From Phoronis australis (taxonomy: Eukaryota > Animalia > Phoronida): a stretch of 64,000 nt of DNA. Position 1 is the first letter of the stretch; each line of letters opens with the position of its first letter. The notes below the pieces were generated by a model. The model saw nothing but the letters and a program-made list of their open reading frames with translations, was not told the DNA's origin and searched no databases. This document shows positions 13,421 to 28,000 of the stretch, piece after piece. A program made the position numbers and the translations under genes. Location: assembly GCA_002633005.1 (NCBI GenBank), contig NMRA01000404.1, forward strand, positions 85,394 through 149,393, in the 5' to 3' direction.

Positions 13421-15244
13421 GGTTTGTAGATATTTCTCGCTTTCAACAAGAATCCAAATTTCTTTGAACACATGAAAACCGCAAATCGAAGACTAATATC
13501 CAATAAAATGACCTCTGATAGCGACATTGCTTACATACCCTTACACCGAAAAATAACTGTCAGATAGTCACGTACGCCACATCCAGCCGCACGGCGACTA
13601 ATAAGGCCTTACCGAGACAAATGTCGAACGTTTTTAGCACATGAGACCAGCAAGTGCTGAATGAGGCCTACTGCTTGTGCAAATTTTTAGAGCCCAACAA
13701 CAAGTTGGGAAGTTTACCCCTGTAGCCAATATCTTACACAACTGATTAACTCCATTCTGGCATTCATGGTTGGAGGGTCAGCTCTCTTTTGTTCGATGAT
13801 TGCTCTCAATATCCAAAGATCGTATCTACCCTGACTGGGCTGTGCTGCTAAAAATTAAGTTAAGTTATAACACATTTGAACATAAACTAATAGCATTTCT
13901 GAAATCTTCGTCAAATGGTGATCATGTTTAGTTTTTAAATCACCTAAATCGCCCAACTACAACAGAAGTTACGACAATCCATTCTGCCAGCTGGTTTCAG
14001 TATAACCCTTTGAAGCCTGGGAGATAATTGGCCTGCTTGTTATACAGGACAACTTAAGATTGAGCTGGGCAGTTAACAAAAAAGCAAGATGTTATTGCAC
14101 CTTCAGCACCCCTCACGTCTGGAAAAGTTGCTGAACAACAGATTATCGTCATGGAGTGCAGTTATGGATACTTTGAGCTTTGTGTTGGGAGTCATCTGAC
14201 TCTACAATAGTATCCTCATGCCCCAGAAGTTAATTTCAGAAGGGTACTTTTATGATTGATCTTGAAAATTGGCAGGTTTTGTGCTATCAAGGACAAAGCA
14301 CCATTTAGTTAGTTTTGATGATTTTAACCTATCCCTATGACACCTTGCTACATGTCTTGATTGCTGATTTGCTTGATGGGTGAATGTATTGCGTGATGGC
14401 TGTATTTGGTTGAATGTGTTTGCATGTAAAACAACCCCCCCCCCCTTGTGTTTGTGTCAGTCTTGTTTACTGCACTAATGAACAATGAACGTGAGGGGAA
14501 TGTGCTGCGCTACAATCTGAAGACATATTAATGGCTAGCAAGGGTCTTCTTATGTTTCCATCTTGTAGTACTACAAGCTGATGAGTCTACTAATGGCATT
14601 TGTAATGACTTTTGATCATCAGAAGAGATTGACTGGACTGAAGATCATTTTAGTTTCATTGGAGCATTTCCATGTCTTAGTTGAATTATTGGTTTCACAT
14701 TTAAAGTTGCTGAACCTGAGTTTGGCAAATAACGCAACTACTCTTCGAATTTAACCACCTTTTTTCTATGCTACACTTAAAAACAAGACCCAGATCTTTA
14801 TCTTTGATACAGGTGCCAAAAACACAAAGCCACATGGCCTTGCATTCTGGATCGTCTTATTTAGTTTCAGATTTATTTTCTACTCTAAAAACAATAGTAA
14901 AGAAGATTTTTATGGGTTTCAGATTAAATTCCAGTCAGTGCTATTCACTAATCTATAGGGGTAATAAAAATTATCTTCTCAGCCAAGACCATAAGCCTGT
15001 TGTTAAATTGTGTTTAGCCACCCAGTCCAGTGGGACAGCTCTATGGCCAAGGTTCACAAAGAACTGCTGTCACTGACCTTGCACGTGAATTTCAAAAAGC
15101 CTATTGTGTGACACACCTGTGATATTCAACCATTTGTAAATTCTAAGCCACAAAGGCCACTGTTTACACCCTCCAAGCCCACAATGAGAATGGAAGGACA
15201 CATTGTAAGGTTTGGGTACTTTTTGTAGTTTACAGATGATAATT

Positions 15245-16130
15245 CATTTGAATGATTGTATAATATACAAAGAGTAGGGTTTAATTTGAATGATTGTATA
15301 GTATATAAAAAGTACGGTTTAATTTGAATGATTGTATAATATACAAAATGTATGGTTTAATTTGAATGATTGTATAATATACAAAAAGTACGGTTTAATT
15401 TGAATGATTGTATAATATACAAAAAGTACGGTTTAATTTGAATGATTGTATAATATACAAAAAGTACGGTTTAATTTGAATGATTGTATAATATACAAAA
15501 AGCACGGTTTAATTTGAATGATTGTATAATATTCAAAAAGTACGGTTTAATTCAGGGCTTGGAATTTTCCGCGGAAACGCGGATTTCCGCTTTTTTCAAA
15601 TGTGCTTTCCGCTTTTTTTATAAAATTTCCGCGTAAAAAAATCGGATTTGATATAAAATTTCCGCGGCAAATTCCTTTCTTACCGCGGTGTTGCAGACGA
15701 CGTGCACCTCGAAAAGCGGAAGTTGCTCTTTATGTTTCGGAGGAATGTAAATTGTCAACATTGCCGGGGCATCTGGGTCAGCGTGGTGGAATTTTCAATG
15801 GCGTCTTGTGTTATTGTTAAGCGCGGCGACAAATACTACCGCTCTGCAGCTAAAAATGTGTGGGTTGGGAGTGGACAGGCGAGCTAAAAGGACGCAGACG
15901 CATGTGGTAACGGTTTTTTTTTTTTTTTTTAGTCCCGATTTTTGTCGGGAAAGGTTCACATTGACCAATTCGAGGCTGGTTTTCAGGCATGATTTGGGCC
16001 GTAAAAGTTTCCGCGTTTTTTGTCATTGGTCATTCCAAGCCCTGTTCATTTGAATGATTGTATAATATACAAAAAGTACAGTTTAATTTGAATGGTTGTA
16101 TAATATACAAAAAGTACGGTTTAATTTGAA
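15245..16130. repeat. 39-bp minisatellite (TTTGAATGATTGTATAATATACAAAAAGTACGGTTTAA) interrupted by a MITE
   Basis: About 8 units before 15553 and about 2 after 16044. Confidence 0.9.
15553..16044. mobile_element. hAT-like MITE (CAGGGCTTGGAAT TIR)
   Basis: TIR CAGGGCTTGGAAT / ATTCCAAGCCCTG; flanks TTAATT and TTCATT; truncated second copy at 36434-36768. Confidence 0.8.
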
Positions 16131-16510
16131 TTTTAACCACTGTATGCACCAAACCCGGGTGAACAACTTTAACAGGAGTACATTCTGCATACAGCTCTTC
16201 TTCATTGTGAAAGCAGAAAAGGTCGTCTGTTGAAGCAATTTCTAATTCTGACACGCAAGATGGCCAAAGTTGGTAAAATGCAATGACTTCTTTCTTTCAC
16301 AGACATTTTGTGTAGATCGTTTGAATATCCCATTGTTGAGTGCCACCTTGATATCATAATGGTTGCAGAGAATTTATAAAAAAGACTTGGAAACAATGTC
16401 ACTACAATAAATCCACAAATCAGGAAGTGTGCACCACCTGTGGGTGTTTGTTGTTCTTAAGCATATACTCTGTTTATTAAATCTGAGCCTCCTTATTGTT
16501 ATCATTTCAG

Positions 16511-16616
16511 ATGTGTCTTAGCCATGCCTTTTACTGTGTGTTAAACTTAACAGCAACTTTGTTTACATTTCTGGCTGCTGTGCACTTGGATGTTTCAAGT
16601 AAATTTTGTCCACAAG
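16511..16616 (+). CDS. Receptor exon 1: signal peptide
   Basis: tttcag|ATG; MCLSHAFYCVLNLTATLFTFLAAVHLDVSSKFCPQ; donor G|GTAAGT, phase 1. Confidence 0.75.
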
Positions 16617-19600
16617 GTAAGTTCAACAAATATCAATGTTGCCAGCTGCCATGTCATGAAGCAGGGGACCGATTACTATTGGTCCCTACAGTCTGTCGGT
16701 TTTACACACCTACTCTTAATGGTCATCTGCTTTTAGCAAAGATGAATGTGTTTTTGGTCCAGTCTTACAATAAAGAGATGAAGAAAATTACAGTAATTCC
16801 TTTTTTGCAAAATAAGTGAAGAATTACTGTCGTGAATGTAACATGTTATCTAAAGATTTTTCAGTGGTCAAATTGTAATCTGTGTTGTTGAACACAGAAT
16901 ATACACAATGGTAATGTGTGAACGTTCAACGACACAGATTATCAACGTGTTAACGTTGTGTTCAATGACACAGATTACCATTGTGTAAATGCTGTATTCA
17001 ACGACACAGATTACCTTTGTGTAAACGTGTTCAACAACACAGATTACCATTGTGTAAATGCAGTTACCAACGACACAGATTACCTTTGTGTAAACGTTGT
17101 GTTCAACGACACAGATTGCAATTGTGTAAAGGCTGTGTTCAATGATTACCATTGTGTAAACAAAGTTACAGTGATAGTCTTAACTTATTTACCACACAAT
17201 ATGGCTGCCAGAGAGTGAAATTCTTATTTTGTCAATTTTTGCAGAAAAATAGTCTATCACCTGCTTGGCTTGTATTGTGTAGATGTCATTATGTTTGGTA
17301 AAGTTTCCATTATTTGTAGTAAAATAATTGGCTTTTGAAAAATGGAGAAATGACAATTTTGGCAATTACGTACTTTGTAAATTGGAGAAGGGACCTTAGT
17401 ATGATGTACAGTTCAGCTTCTGTGTTGTTTTGTGTTTTTTATCAATGAATTTTCAATTTTGTTTTCTCCAATTCATTCCTTACTTTCATTCTTTCATTGA
17501 TTACAGTAACTTGTATAATATAGAGCCAAACAATGACAGCAGACAGTAATGAAACTTGGTCTGCAAATGGCTCATGGTTAAGACTTTGCATTGAACATAC
17601 CTTTGGTTGTTCCATTTAGATTTCATGACTGAACCTCCAGCAGTGATAGCTGGACAAGGTCTGAACCTTATGTGCAAGTTGAACGTCACTTGTCACAGAC
17701 ATGACTCGTCTAGGCTGTACATTAAATTAAGAAGGCGAAATATTTCAAAGGTAAAATCCTTAACCACTTTAGTCATGTTTTAGTCAAATGTTAGTCATAT
17801 ATTAGTCAAATTGAAAGAACCATTTTAATCATGACTGAGATGTGACTAGGGATTTTCCGTGATACATTTGATTGGATATCATTTGCATGATTTTGAAGTG
17901 GCGCTTAGTATGTCATGCTGTAAACACCCCTAAGAGATAGTGAGTCGAGTCTGAGAGGAATGAAAGATTGGTTGGGTTGGGAAGCCTCTATCCCACCTAT
18001 CTTTCCACCTGTACAGTAATTTTCATCAAGGTGACTGTAGCTAGCCCTTGGCTACCTGTTCACTCGGCTCGGTGATGTTCATTAAGATGGCTGTAGCTAG
18101 CCCTTGGTTACCTATCCACTCGGCTCAGTAATGTTCAAGTTGGCTGTAGCTAGGCCTTGGTTACCTATTCACTCGTCTCACAAAGTGTAATAAATTGCCG
18201 ATGGTATCACTCTGGCTATAAACTTTTAACTGTTTGTTTAATCTATGTAAGCAATTTTCACATTAATAATCAGAATGTGCTGTATCTTACCTTTGAACTA
18301 TCAACTTTTAACACCAACTTTTTGATAACTAAAACTAAATGTATCCTTTTCTTTCTGTAAATTCTTCAAGGCAAATGCAAAATAGGACAAAATGAAATGG
18401 CTTCTTAAAACCACTTTGAGATGAGTGGTGTTTTAACTACGGGTTAATGGTCCTGAGTAAATGTTCTTAAGCAGGACTTGATACACGAATCACTGCACAC
18501 TTAGGCAGAAAAGAATGGGTACTGTTGCAACTGCCTCTCATGTAGGAAACGTAAATTTAGTGTAGACTTTTTGTGTACTAGGAGTTCATAACCGTGATGT
18601 CAGATAACACAATTCTCGTGAGAATACCACGACTCACTATGGAGGACAACAGACAGACCCTCAGTTGCAAGGTTAATGTCACCGATCATTCAAACAATGT
18701 CAGTGATGTCGTTGCGTCCAAGCAATTGACTGTTATTGGTAAGAATTTTCACGGTATTTGTTTCAAGCCTTGTTTTAGTCTGCATGGTGGCAAGCCTTGT
18801 TTTAGTCTGTATGGTGGCGTTCTTCCTCACAGTATGGGTAAGGGAGCGGTCGTTGGGTAATTGTTTTTTCAGATATCGTCTGGGTCAGAGTAATTGACAA
18901 ATGACATCTGGAGCCAGCAAGAAAGGTTTTCACCTAATGTTAGTAACGTAGGGGCTCCTCTGGTTGCCAAATGGTCATCTGGAGGTCTGGATATGGCAGC
19001 AATCCTCTTCAACAATATGCATGAAAAGAATCCTTTACCGACATTCTCGAGCTTGGACAAATTGACGAGTTTGCAAACCCTAAAGAAACTCTCCAGCTTC
19101 AGCTGGTGTTATTGGTCTCAGTCTCGAGATTTTCTTGAGTAATCAGACGCTAAATTGACCATGCAGTAGTACTTTTAAATTTTCATTGTGAAAGTTTTTC
19201 TAAAAACTATTTAATTATAGTTTATTTCAATAGTTTGTGAAAAGTACATGTGGACAGGTTTTTTTAATTTAAAAAACACAGTCAAGAAATTTGACTTTTA
19301 CTACCAGCTAAAACTAAGTTCGCAAGATTCTGATTCATTAATTCTGCTGTGTGCCAATATAATGGAACAATTACCATGGGTCATGTACCAACATAATGAG
19401 ACAATTACCATGGGTCATGTACCAGCAGTTAAACATTGAGGAAAGACAAGTGTCATCGTACAACTGTTGACATGGGATAAGAATGCTTGGGCTGTTTGTG
19501 AATCAAGACAGTAAAAGCATGAAAATGTGTACGTTGGATTTTGGATCCAACATAAAATGGTAGTATGGGTGGAATTGATGATTTTTTTATAAAAATTAGT

Positions 19601-22600
19601 NACAATATCAGTGATGTCGTTGCGTCCAAGCAATTGACTGTTATTGGTAAGAATTTTCACGGTATTTGTTTCAAGCCTTGTTTTAGTCTGCATGGTGGCA
19701 AGCCTTAATTGTTTTAGTCTGTATGGTGGCGTTCTTCCTCACAGTATGGGTAAGGGAGCGGTCAGTCGTTGGGTAATTGTTTTTTCAGATATCATCTGGG
19801 TCAGAGTAATTGACAAATGACATCTGGAGCCAGCAAGAAAAGTTTTCACCTAATGTTAGTAACGTAAGGGCTCCTCTGGTTGCCAAATGGTCATCTGGAG
19901 GTCTGGATATGGCAGCAATCCTCTTCAACATTATGCATGAAAAGAATCCTTTACCAACATTCTCGAGCTTGGACAAATTGACGAGTTTGCAAACCCTAAA
20001 GAAACTCTCCAGCTTCAGCTGGTGTTATTGGTCTCAGTCTCGAGATTTTCTTGAGTAATCAGACGCTAAATTGACCATGCAATAGTATTTTTAAATTTTC
20101 ATTGTGAAAGTTTTTCTAAAAACTATTTAATTATAGTTTATTTCAATAGTTTGTGAAAAGTACATGTGGACAGGTTTTTTTAATTTAAAAAACACAGTCA
20201 AGAAATTTGACTTTTACTACCAGCTAAAACTAAGTTCGCAAGATTCTGATTCATTAATTCTGCTGTGTGCCAATATAATGGAACAATTACCATGGGTCAT
20301 GTACCAACATAATGAGACAATTACCATGGGTCATGTACCAGCAGTTAAACATTGAGGAAAGACAAGTGTCATCGTACAACTGTTGACATGGGATAAGAAT
20401 GCTTGGGTTGTTTGTGAATCAAGACAGTAAAAGCATGAAAATGTGTACGTTGGATTTTGGATCCAACATAAAATGGTAGTATGGGTGGAATTGATGATTT
20501 TTTTATAAAAATTAGTAAAATGTTAAACTTGAGTGTATTAAAAAAACCTTTGAAGGAAATGAGGACAACTCAGCTGTGTGGCTTCCTCTTGTGTAAATGT
20601 TTATAATAATGACCATAATTACTCTGCGCGTGTAAGCGCAGAGTACTATTGTTCCTGGGTTTTCTTCAATTTTATTATTTTTATTCTTCTTATTCTTATT
20701 CTTCTTCCGACCAACTTTGAGGCTTAATAACTCCAAATTGGGTGCAGGTACGGTCTTTAAATTCAGCATATGACTTTTGACAGTATATAAATTTTGATTG
20801 GTTATATAATCATATTCCATATTCCATCGGAAGAGGTCGTTTGGTGCAAAGGTCATAATTTTCAAAATGCTACTCCTCCTTCAGTTTGAAAGCTATATTT
20901 TTCAAATTCGGTGCACAGGTATAAGTCAACATGACAATTTAAAAAATTACTTTTCTAAGTAATCGGGTCATCCAATCAGGTAAAATAGGTTAAAGGTCAT
21001 TAGGTGCAAACTAAAATTTTGTGCTAGACACTTCAAATTGGCAGGTCTGATTGCCACAGGTAACTCAAATCGGAATCCAAAGTTTCAGGTCATTTAGTGC
21101 AAACATGGGGTCATTAGGTGCATTTTACTTCTGAAAATATGACCTTTTCGATAATCAGCAAGTATTCTGATGTGTCAACCGTTAGACAACTGTGATTCTC
21201 AGCGTTAAACATATTTTCCATGGGCTTTGCAATAATTTTCCTAAAGATGCTTAAAATGCACCGGATAAGGTCAATTAGTGCAAAGGTCATGTAACGTTCA
21301 GTATGTTACATCTCTTCCGTTTTTCAAGGAATTCTTTTCAATTTCAGCACACTGGTGTAAGTCAACATGCCAATTAAATACCCTACTTTACTTCGCAATA
21401 GGCCTAACCAATCAGAAAAAATAGGTCAAAGGTCGTTGAGTGCAAACTAAAATTTTGAGCTAGAGACTTCAGAATTACGTATCTGTTTACTAAGTGCGAT
21501 TGAGTATGAATTCTAAATTTTCAGGTCATTTGGTCACCCATGGGGTCATTAGGTGCATTTTTCTTCTGAAAGTTTGACCACTTTATTCATCTTGTATTCT
21601 GAAGTGCTTAAAGTAAAACATCTGTGATTATTAGCATTAACCACCCTTTTAATCAAGTTAACAATTACTCCCTCATTGGGGCTCATAATGCACCGGAAGA
21701 GGTCAATTAGTGGAAAGGTCATCAAAAATTTAATATGTAATTTCTTCTATAATTTTAAAGAATTCCTTTTCATATTGGTAAACGGGTTGCTGTCAGTAAC
21801 TTCCTATAATAATTCCAGTAATACGCACGCGCAGAGTCCGTTATTGTCATGCAGTGACAATAATCTTTCTAGTTCCATAATTGTTATTTGTATGCTGTGC
21901 ACTTGGTGTGATGGGAGTATGTCAATATTGTGTGTTTTTCCTATACAGAAGCACCATATCGTGCTAACATGACGTGCATCGACTACCAGTGGAGACGATT
22001 GAACTGTACATGGTCCTACCCATCCTCCTTCATGATCAAGTATACAAGACATGCAACAGTCAGATACGCAAAGTAACTAAAACAAACATATTATTCACTT
22101 ATTCAGGGTGTAAATTATGACAGTTCCCCTTTATAATTAGTGTCGACACTTGACAGATTGGTGACCAGCAGTCAGTCATTGTTTTTGATACTGTGACAAA
22201 CCAATGTTTAGACCACCGACCAATGTAAGGCTCAAAATGAGTTCTAGATCATTGCATACCATTCCTTCTAGGTCAGACAGACACTTAGTGCTGTCTTTGT
22301 TGTCCCAGATAAATCTTTCCATGTGTTCTATATCATCTCTGTGGAGAGTACACCTTATGCTTGTGTCTAGCTGTGTGCAGGGCTGTTTACCAACCGCCAG
22401 ACCATTGTTAATCACGTCTGTTTCGTCACCATGCTGCTAAATTGTTTTCCTAATTAAGAATTTTTGAAAAGCAAATCATTATTTAGATGGTGTGTGTAAC
22501 TCCATTTTGGTAATCTTGGTATTGGGTTACGACAGGTAAAAGCCTCTCCCCCCGTGGGGCAAAATGCATACACTGGGGACAGGATAGTTTTTTTGCCCCA

Positions 22601-25015
22601 AAACAATAGGCCATGCCTTTAATGGAAAGTTAATTTGTATCACAGCCATGGGAAATCTTAGTTAATTTGGACCACGGGCATGGAAAATCTTAGTTAATTA
22701 TGATCACAGGCATAGAGAATCTTTTGAAGTGTTTTGATGTGTAATACTGTGCACCTGGTTATTCATTAACATCAAACCTGAGTGTTTGGAACAAACTATC
22801 ATGCAGTAATAAGCTTAAGTTTTATGCAAAAGGATGTGAAGTTACACTTGTAATGTACTTTATCTTGAAATCAACGTTATTACGTCGCATGTTGTTCAAC
22901 AAGTAAAGGTGAAGGAAGTCAGTGTCCGTGTTAGCGCAGTCATATTACACATTGATTGGTTTTACCTCCTGGTCTGGGCATCTGATCACTGCACTGTATT
23001 GTACTAGTCTGGGCATCTGATCACTGCACTGTATTGTACTAGTCAACTCGAAGATAGTTAGATAAGCACTGCAATGATAGTTAATTACTTGGCGAAATAA
23101 ATTTCGCCAAATATGTTGCTCTTCCACTAAGTTTGTTTTTTTTTTTTGTTTGTTCGCACGATACAGGTCGCAATTTTTCGTCCGATCATCACGAAATTTA
23201 CACATAACACGTACTTCCGGAAGTACTGGAAGCCTATTGTTTTTCGTCAAAATCGGATCCAAGATGGCGGCTGTGGCGGCCATTTTGTTTCCATTTAAAG
23301 GTTCAAATGCTTCTGGAGGCTACAATTTTTTACGTAAACGGCTAAGAATCGGCACAATAAATTGACCGGAAGTTTGCTACAAGTATGCCGGAAATTGTTC
23401 TTTTCCGGTTAAAGATGGCGGAAATATCGGCGATCGCGCATGCGCACCTCGATTTTGGCCTAAAAACGTTTTCTCCTGTAGAGGGCGCATTATCAGACCA
23501 ATTCCTTCGAATTTCTACAGGTATTAGTTTCTTATGACATGCTATTATACAAAACCAAAAAACCGGAAGTTGCTTTCAAGATGGCGGATCTGGCGCATGT
23601 TGACCCATTTTCAGTCGTGCTGGAGTGCGGGAAGAGAAAAGGACGTGATTTTTTGCATGTGGATTCTTTAAAGTATTTTCTTTCAAATGGCCTGTAACTG
23701 TTTTTTCTTCAGACTTACCGTTTTCGAGTTATTTGACTTTGAATTTCTTAAAAAAAACTCAAAATTTCATTTTTTCGAAAAATTTACGGAATTAGGCGAT
23801 ACCATCAGTTTAGATAGAATTTTGAACGGGCTTTCAGATGTTTTCCATTTTTCGCTAGGACGTCTACTTTTCGAGTTATTTGAGATTTTCTGATAACGCT
23901 GTTCCTTTGTTGAGCGCTCTTGCTGCATTGATGTTGGTTTATCCTCTATTGAAGTAGATTGTAGCCTATTTCTTATTGATTTATGACATCTAAGTTCGTC
24001 ATATGAATGTTGTGATGTTGTTCATCATCGCCACCACCATCATCATATTCGTCATCATCGTCATCATCTTCGTCATCATCTCCGTCATTGTCTTTTCCGT
24101 TAATTTCGCCAAGTGTCGCTCAAGACTGTAGCCTTTTTCTTACTGATTTCGGACTTCTACGTTCGTCATGTGTATGATTGTTCATCCTCGCCACCATCGT
24201 CGTCATATTCGTTATCTTTGTCATCATCTTTATCGACATCTTTTTGGTTAATTTCGCCAAGGTTCGCTCCTCGGAGCGCTTTCATTTGTTTGTTTCTCTT
24301 TCAGCGACGATATTAGTAATGGTTATGCCAAGTGTGATAGGTACACCAACTGGACAGACCATGACAGGTTCTTCTTCAGTTGTGAGATCTTTGGCAGTTA
24401 TTACGATGCATCTGCTCCGTACAGCCTAAAGGTTACCATAACGATTAAAAAAATTAATCACACCACGAGGTACAACTACAATGTGGGCTTGTCCAAGGTC
24501 AGGATCAGTAAGTAGGTCAAGGGTCAACAGCACTGATGGCAGTGAGTTTTTTAGCCTTGTAGACATTATTAAATCAGAGGTGAAGAGTTTGGTAGTCTGT
24601 TTCTTTAATGACCTTAGACATTACAGCATTGTCCATTTTCATTAAGCTCTATAGTTCGCTAGGGGTTAGCTAGAGGTCAGCCAGAGGTCAGCTAGAGTTC
24701 AGCCAGAGGTCAGCTAGAGTTCAGCCAGAGAAGGAAATGAAGTAAGCAAATGACGACGAGTTAAATTTAAATTATCCTATGTATCAAAGTAATGTACGGG
24801 ATTTAATAAGCAACTGAAACGTGTTATTATTTTAGTGAAGAATGCATATTTTGCCTGTGTGTTTTGCTACAATTTGGTCATTGTTTTGGGAATAACATTC
24901 TGCCTGGGCTTGGCTATTCAATTATCCATAGGGAGTAGTGAAACAATTATCTTCTCAGCCAGGACCATAAACTGTTTGTTAAGGCATGTTTAGTTACACA
25001 CTCCAACTGAGACGG

Positions 25016-25074
<59 letters not shown>

Positions 25075-28000
25075 NTAAGTCACTATGGGGACTAGTTACC
25101 CCCTCCAAGCCCAAAACGACTATAATAACTGGATAAGGTTCACTCGCAAAAAACACAAAGTTCTGACTCAAAGAATGTGGCCATCATCTGCCATCAGACA
25201 ACAAGTCACATTTTCTTACCTCAGATTCTGCAGATTGAGAACTGTTGTATTTTTGTGCATTGATTCAAAAACTTTATATATTCCAGCAAAAGTGCATAAA
25301 ATGGAGGCTGTGACAGCCAGGCCTGTGTCCAGTGACACTGTTGAGTTATCCTGGAACTTCCAATTTTACTACGAGCCTTTATTGAAGTTCAAAGTGCAAT
25401 ACAATGCTTCCAGGTGGAATACCGAAGCAGTTTCCATGGTGAGTACAATATATCCTGATGGAAGACTCCAGCAGTTACCATGGTGAGTACAATATATCCT
25501 GATGAGAGACTCCAGCAGTTACCATGGTGAGTTCAATATATCCAGATGGACGACTCCAGCAGTTACCATGGTGAGTACAATATATCCTGATGGAAGACTC
25601 CAGCTGTTACCTTGGTGAGTTCAATATATCCAGATGGAAGACTCAAGCAGTTACCATGGTGAGATTAAAGACTGACCTGATTCGTGAATTAAGTGTCTAT
25701 CAGACAGTGTCTCCATTGTGTCCCTTCAATTCGTTTCAGTTCTATCAGACTTCGGAGTACGATCGAATAAAATCAGTGAACATTTCTGGCCTCGTCCCAT
25801 ACACCCAGTATACATTCTGTGTGACAGCTCAGCCAAACTCACCTGCTGCCCTCTATTGGAGTAATCCTAGTAATGTGGCTAGGGTGACAACACCTGCAAC
25901 AGGTTTGTATTTGAAATATTTACACCAAATGTAAGTAAATAATAGAGAAATAATTGGTAAATGTTTAGCCGATCAAGTGTATACTCAGATGTCTAGTGAT
26001 GAGGTATTTGCCACTAATATGATGCAATTTGATCCTAAAAATAACAATAGAAATGCCCAGTCACATCACATTTTCAAATATTTTGCTGGTCTTGGACTAT
26101 GTCAGGTAATCACGCTGTATCTCCTAATATCCCCATAGGAACTTGGTGAGATTTGGTATATGTGTTTCTATGAAGCTGGTAACAGATGACAGAGAATTTC
26201 AGATGAATCCAACTATCTGTGTGCCACCTAGTGGGAATTTTTAAATTAGTTTTTTACTTTTACCTCTGTATCTTCAAAGGACCTCAATGTATTTATCAGT
26301 GAGATGACGCTATCCTCTCATTTTCGGTCGGATTTGAGGTACTCTGCACCTTCTAGTGGCCATTTTTACTGTTGCAGGGTCTGTTTTTGCCGTCGACACT
26401 TCTATCAACCAAAACACTATAAGGATGACTGTGAAAATTGGTGTATGTGTTCTTAGTGCGAAGAGGATGGTTGACGATGCCTTTGCGGCAATTTCAAATA
26501 CTGTGGCGCCTCCCAGTGGCATTTTGTTTTTTTGCAACAGCTGGATTTCCTAAACCCACTGCGGGATCTTTATTAAATTTAGCAAGTGTATTTGCATGAA
26601 GTTGACTACGGATGACGACGACTTTCAGATGAATGTGACTACCGGTGTGCCTCCTAGTGGCAATTTCGTTTTTTTACATTTACCACTGTGGTCCTCACCC
26701 GATTTTCATGAAATTTGGCATCTATTAGTGAGATGACGCTACCCTCTTATTTTCAGACAGGTATTTTGCATCACTTAGTCCCCATTTTGCATCACCTAGT
26801 GCCCATTTTTTACTGTATTCTAGTCTGTTATTTGGCATCTGTCCTTCTATCTACCAAACCACTCCAAAAAACATAATATGATTTTAGATTTTTAAATTAT
26901 AAACTTTGGTTACGGAATGAAGGTAAACAACGGTGCATATTGATATACTCGGAATAATTTACTAAACGCTGATCATAATTATGGTAAAAATTGCCGAACT
27001 TAGGACAGCGAAAAAATAATCATTTTGAACCTGTCCAAAATTTTAGAAATCGGCAATATTAGCTGTCTGAAATTTTGAGAAATATGAGAAAGACGACAAA
27101 ATTGACGGTTACATATCTTGAAATTTATGAGTTCGGCTGATGACAATGTTTCAATGTGTGGCTTTACAAATTTTAAACAGCGGTGCATATTTGTGATCAT
27201 TATTACTAGCCGCACAGATTTGTCTTTTTTAATATAACTAGCCGTGCAGATTTGTCATCATTATTACTAGCCGTGCAGATTTGTGGTCGTTATTGCTGAC
27301 GAGAAATTCACATGATGTCCTCAAAAACATAAACAGCAAGGTTACTGTCTCTGAACACAATCGACTTCACAAACTTTGTGATAGGAAATTTTGTCGTGTA
27401 ACACACCTTGACTGATTATTCGCAATATCCATTGGTGCTCAACGTCTTCACGTTTAATTGTTCACAAACCAAACACAGCCGACTCAACTAGAGTAATTGT
27501 AACCGTGGTTTGTTTCTGGGGCAGCGCGTGCGACATACTTATGAGTCACATGTCACTCAAACTGATTACCGAAACAGCTTTCCCATCATCGAGATTCATG
27601 TAAATAAGGTCCCCGCCGTCTTAGCTCGGTTACATTTCTGGGCATTAATTATTTGACAATTATAGAGCTGTTGCTTTATGCAACGGGTATATTCAATCAT
27701 TATTTTGGATGGAAACCTCATATGACTCAGATTTTGTCAAGCTCAATGTCTCACTTCAACAATTCACTGACAAATGGTACCCATCTCAGTGGCAGATTTA
27801 GAGGGGGGCCAAGGGGGCCATGGCCCCCCTAAAACTGTGCCAGATTCCATTTGGCAATTCGGGGTGCGAATGTCTTATGGGCAAAATCCTGGCTAATACC
27901 CTGCCCTGGCCCATCACCCCTCTAAATAAGAATCCTGGATCTACCCCTGCAGCTAGTGATGGTCACATCTTATGTAAAGGTAACCATGTGTGGCAGAAGG

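Noticed and set aside
18869-20355. Pairs of near-identical ORFs (18894/19810, 19248/20164) suggesting duplicated genes
   Set aside because: Intronic sequence duplicated across the N at 19601; no protein motifs; probably an assembly overlap.
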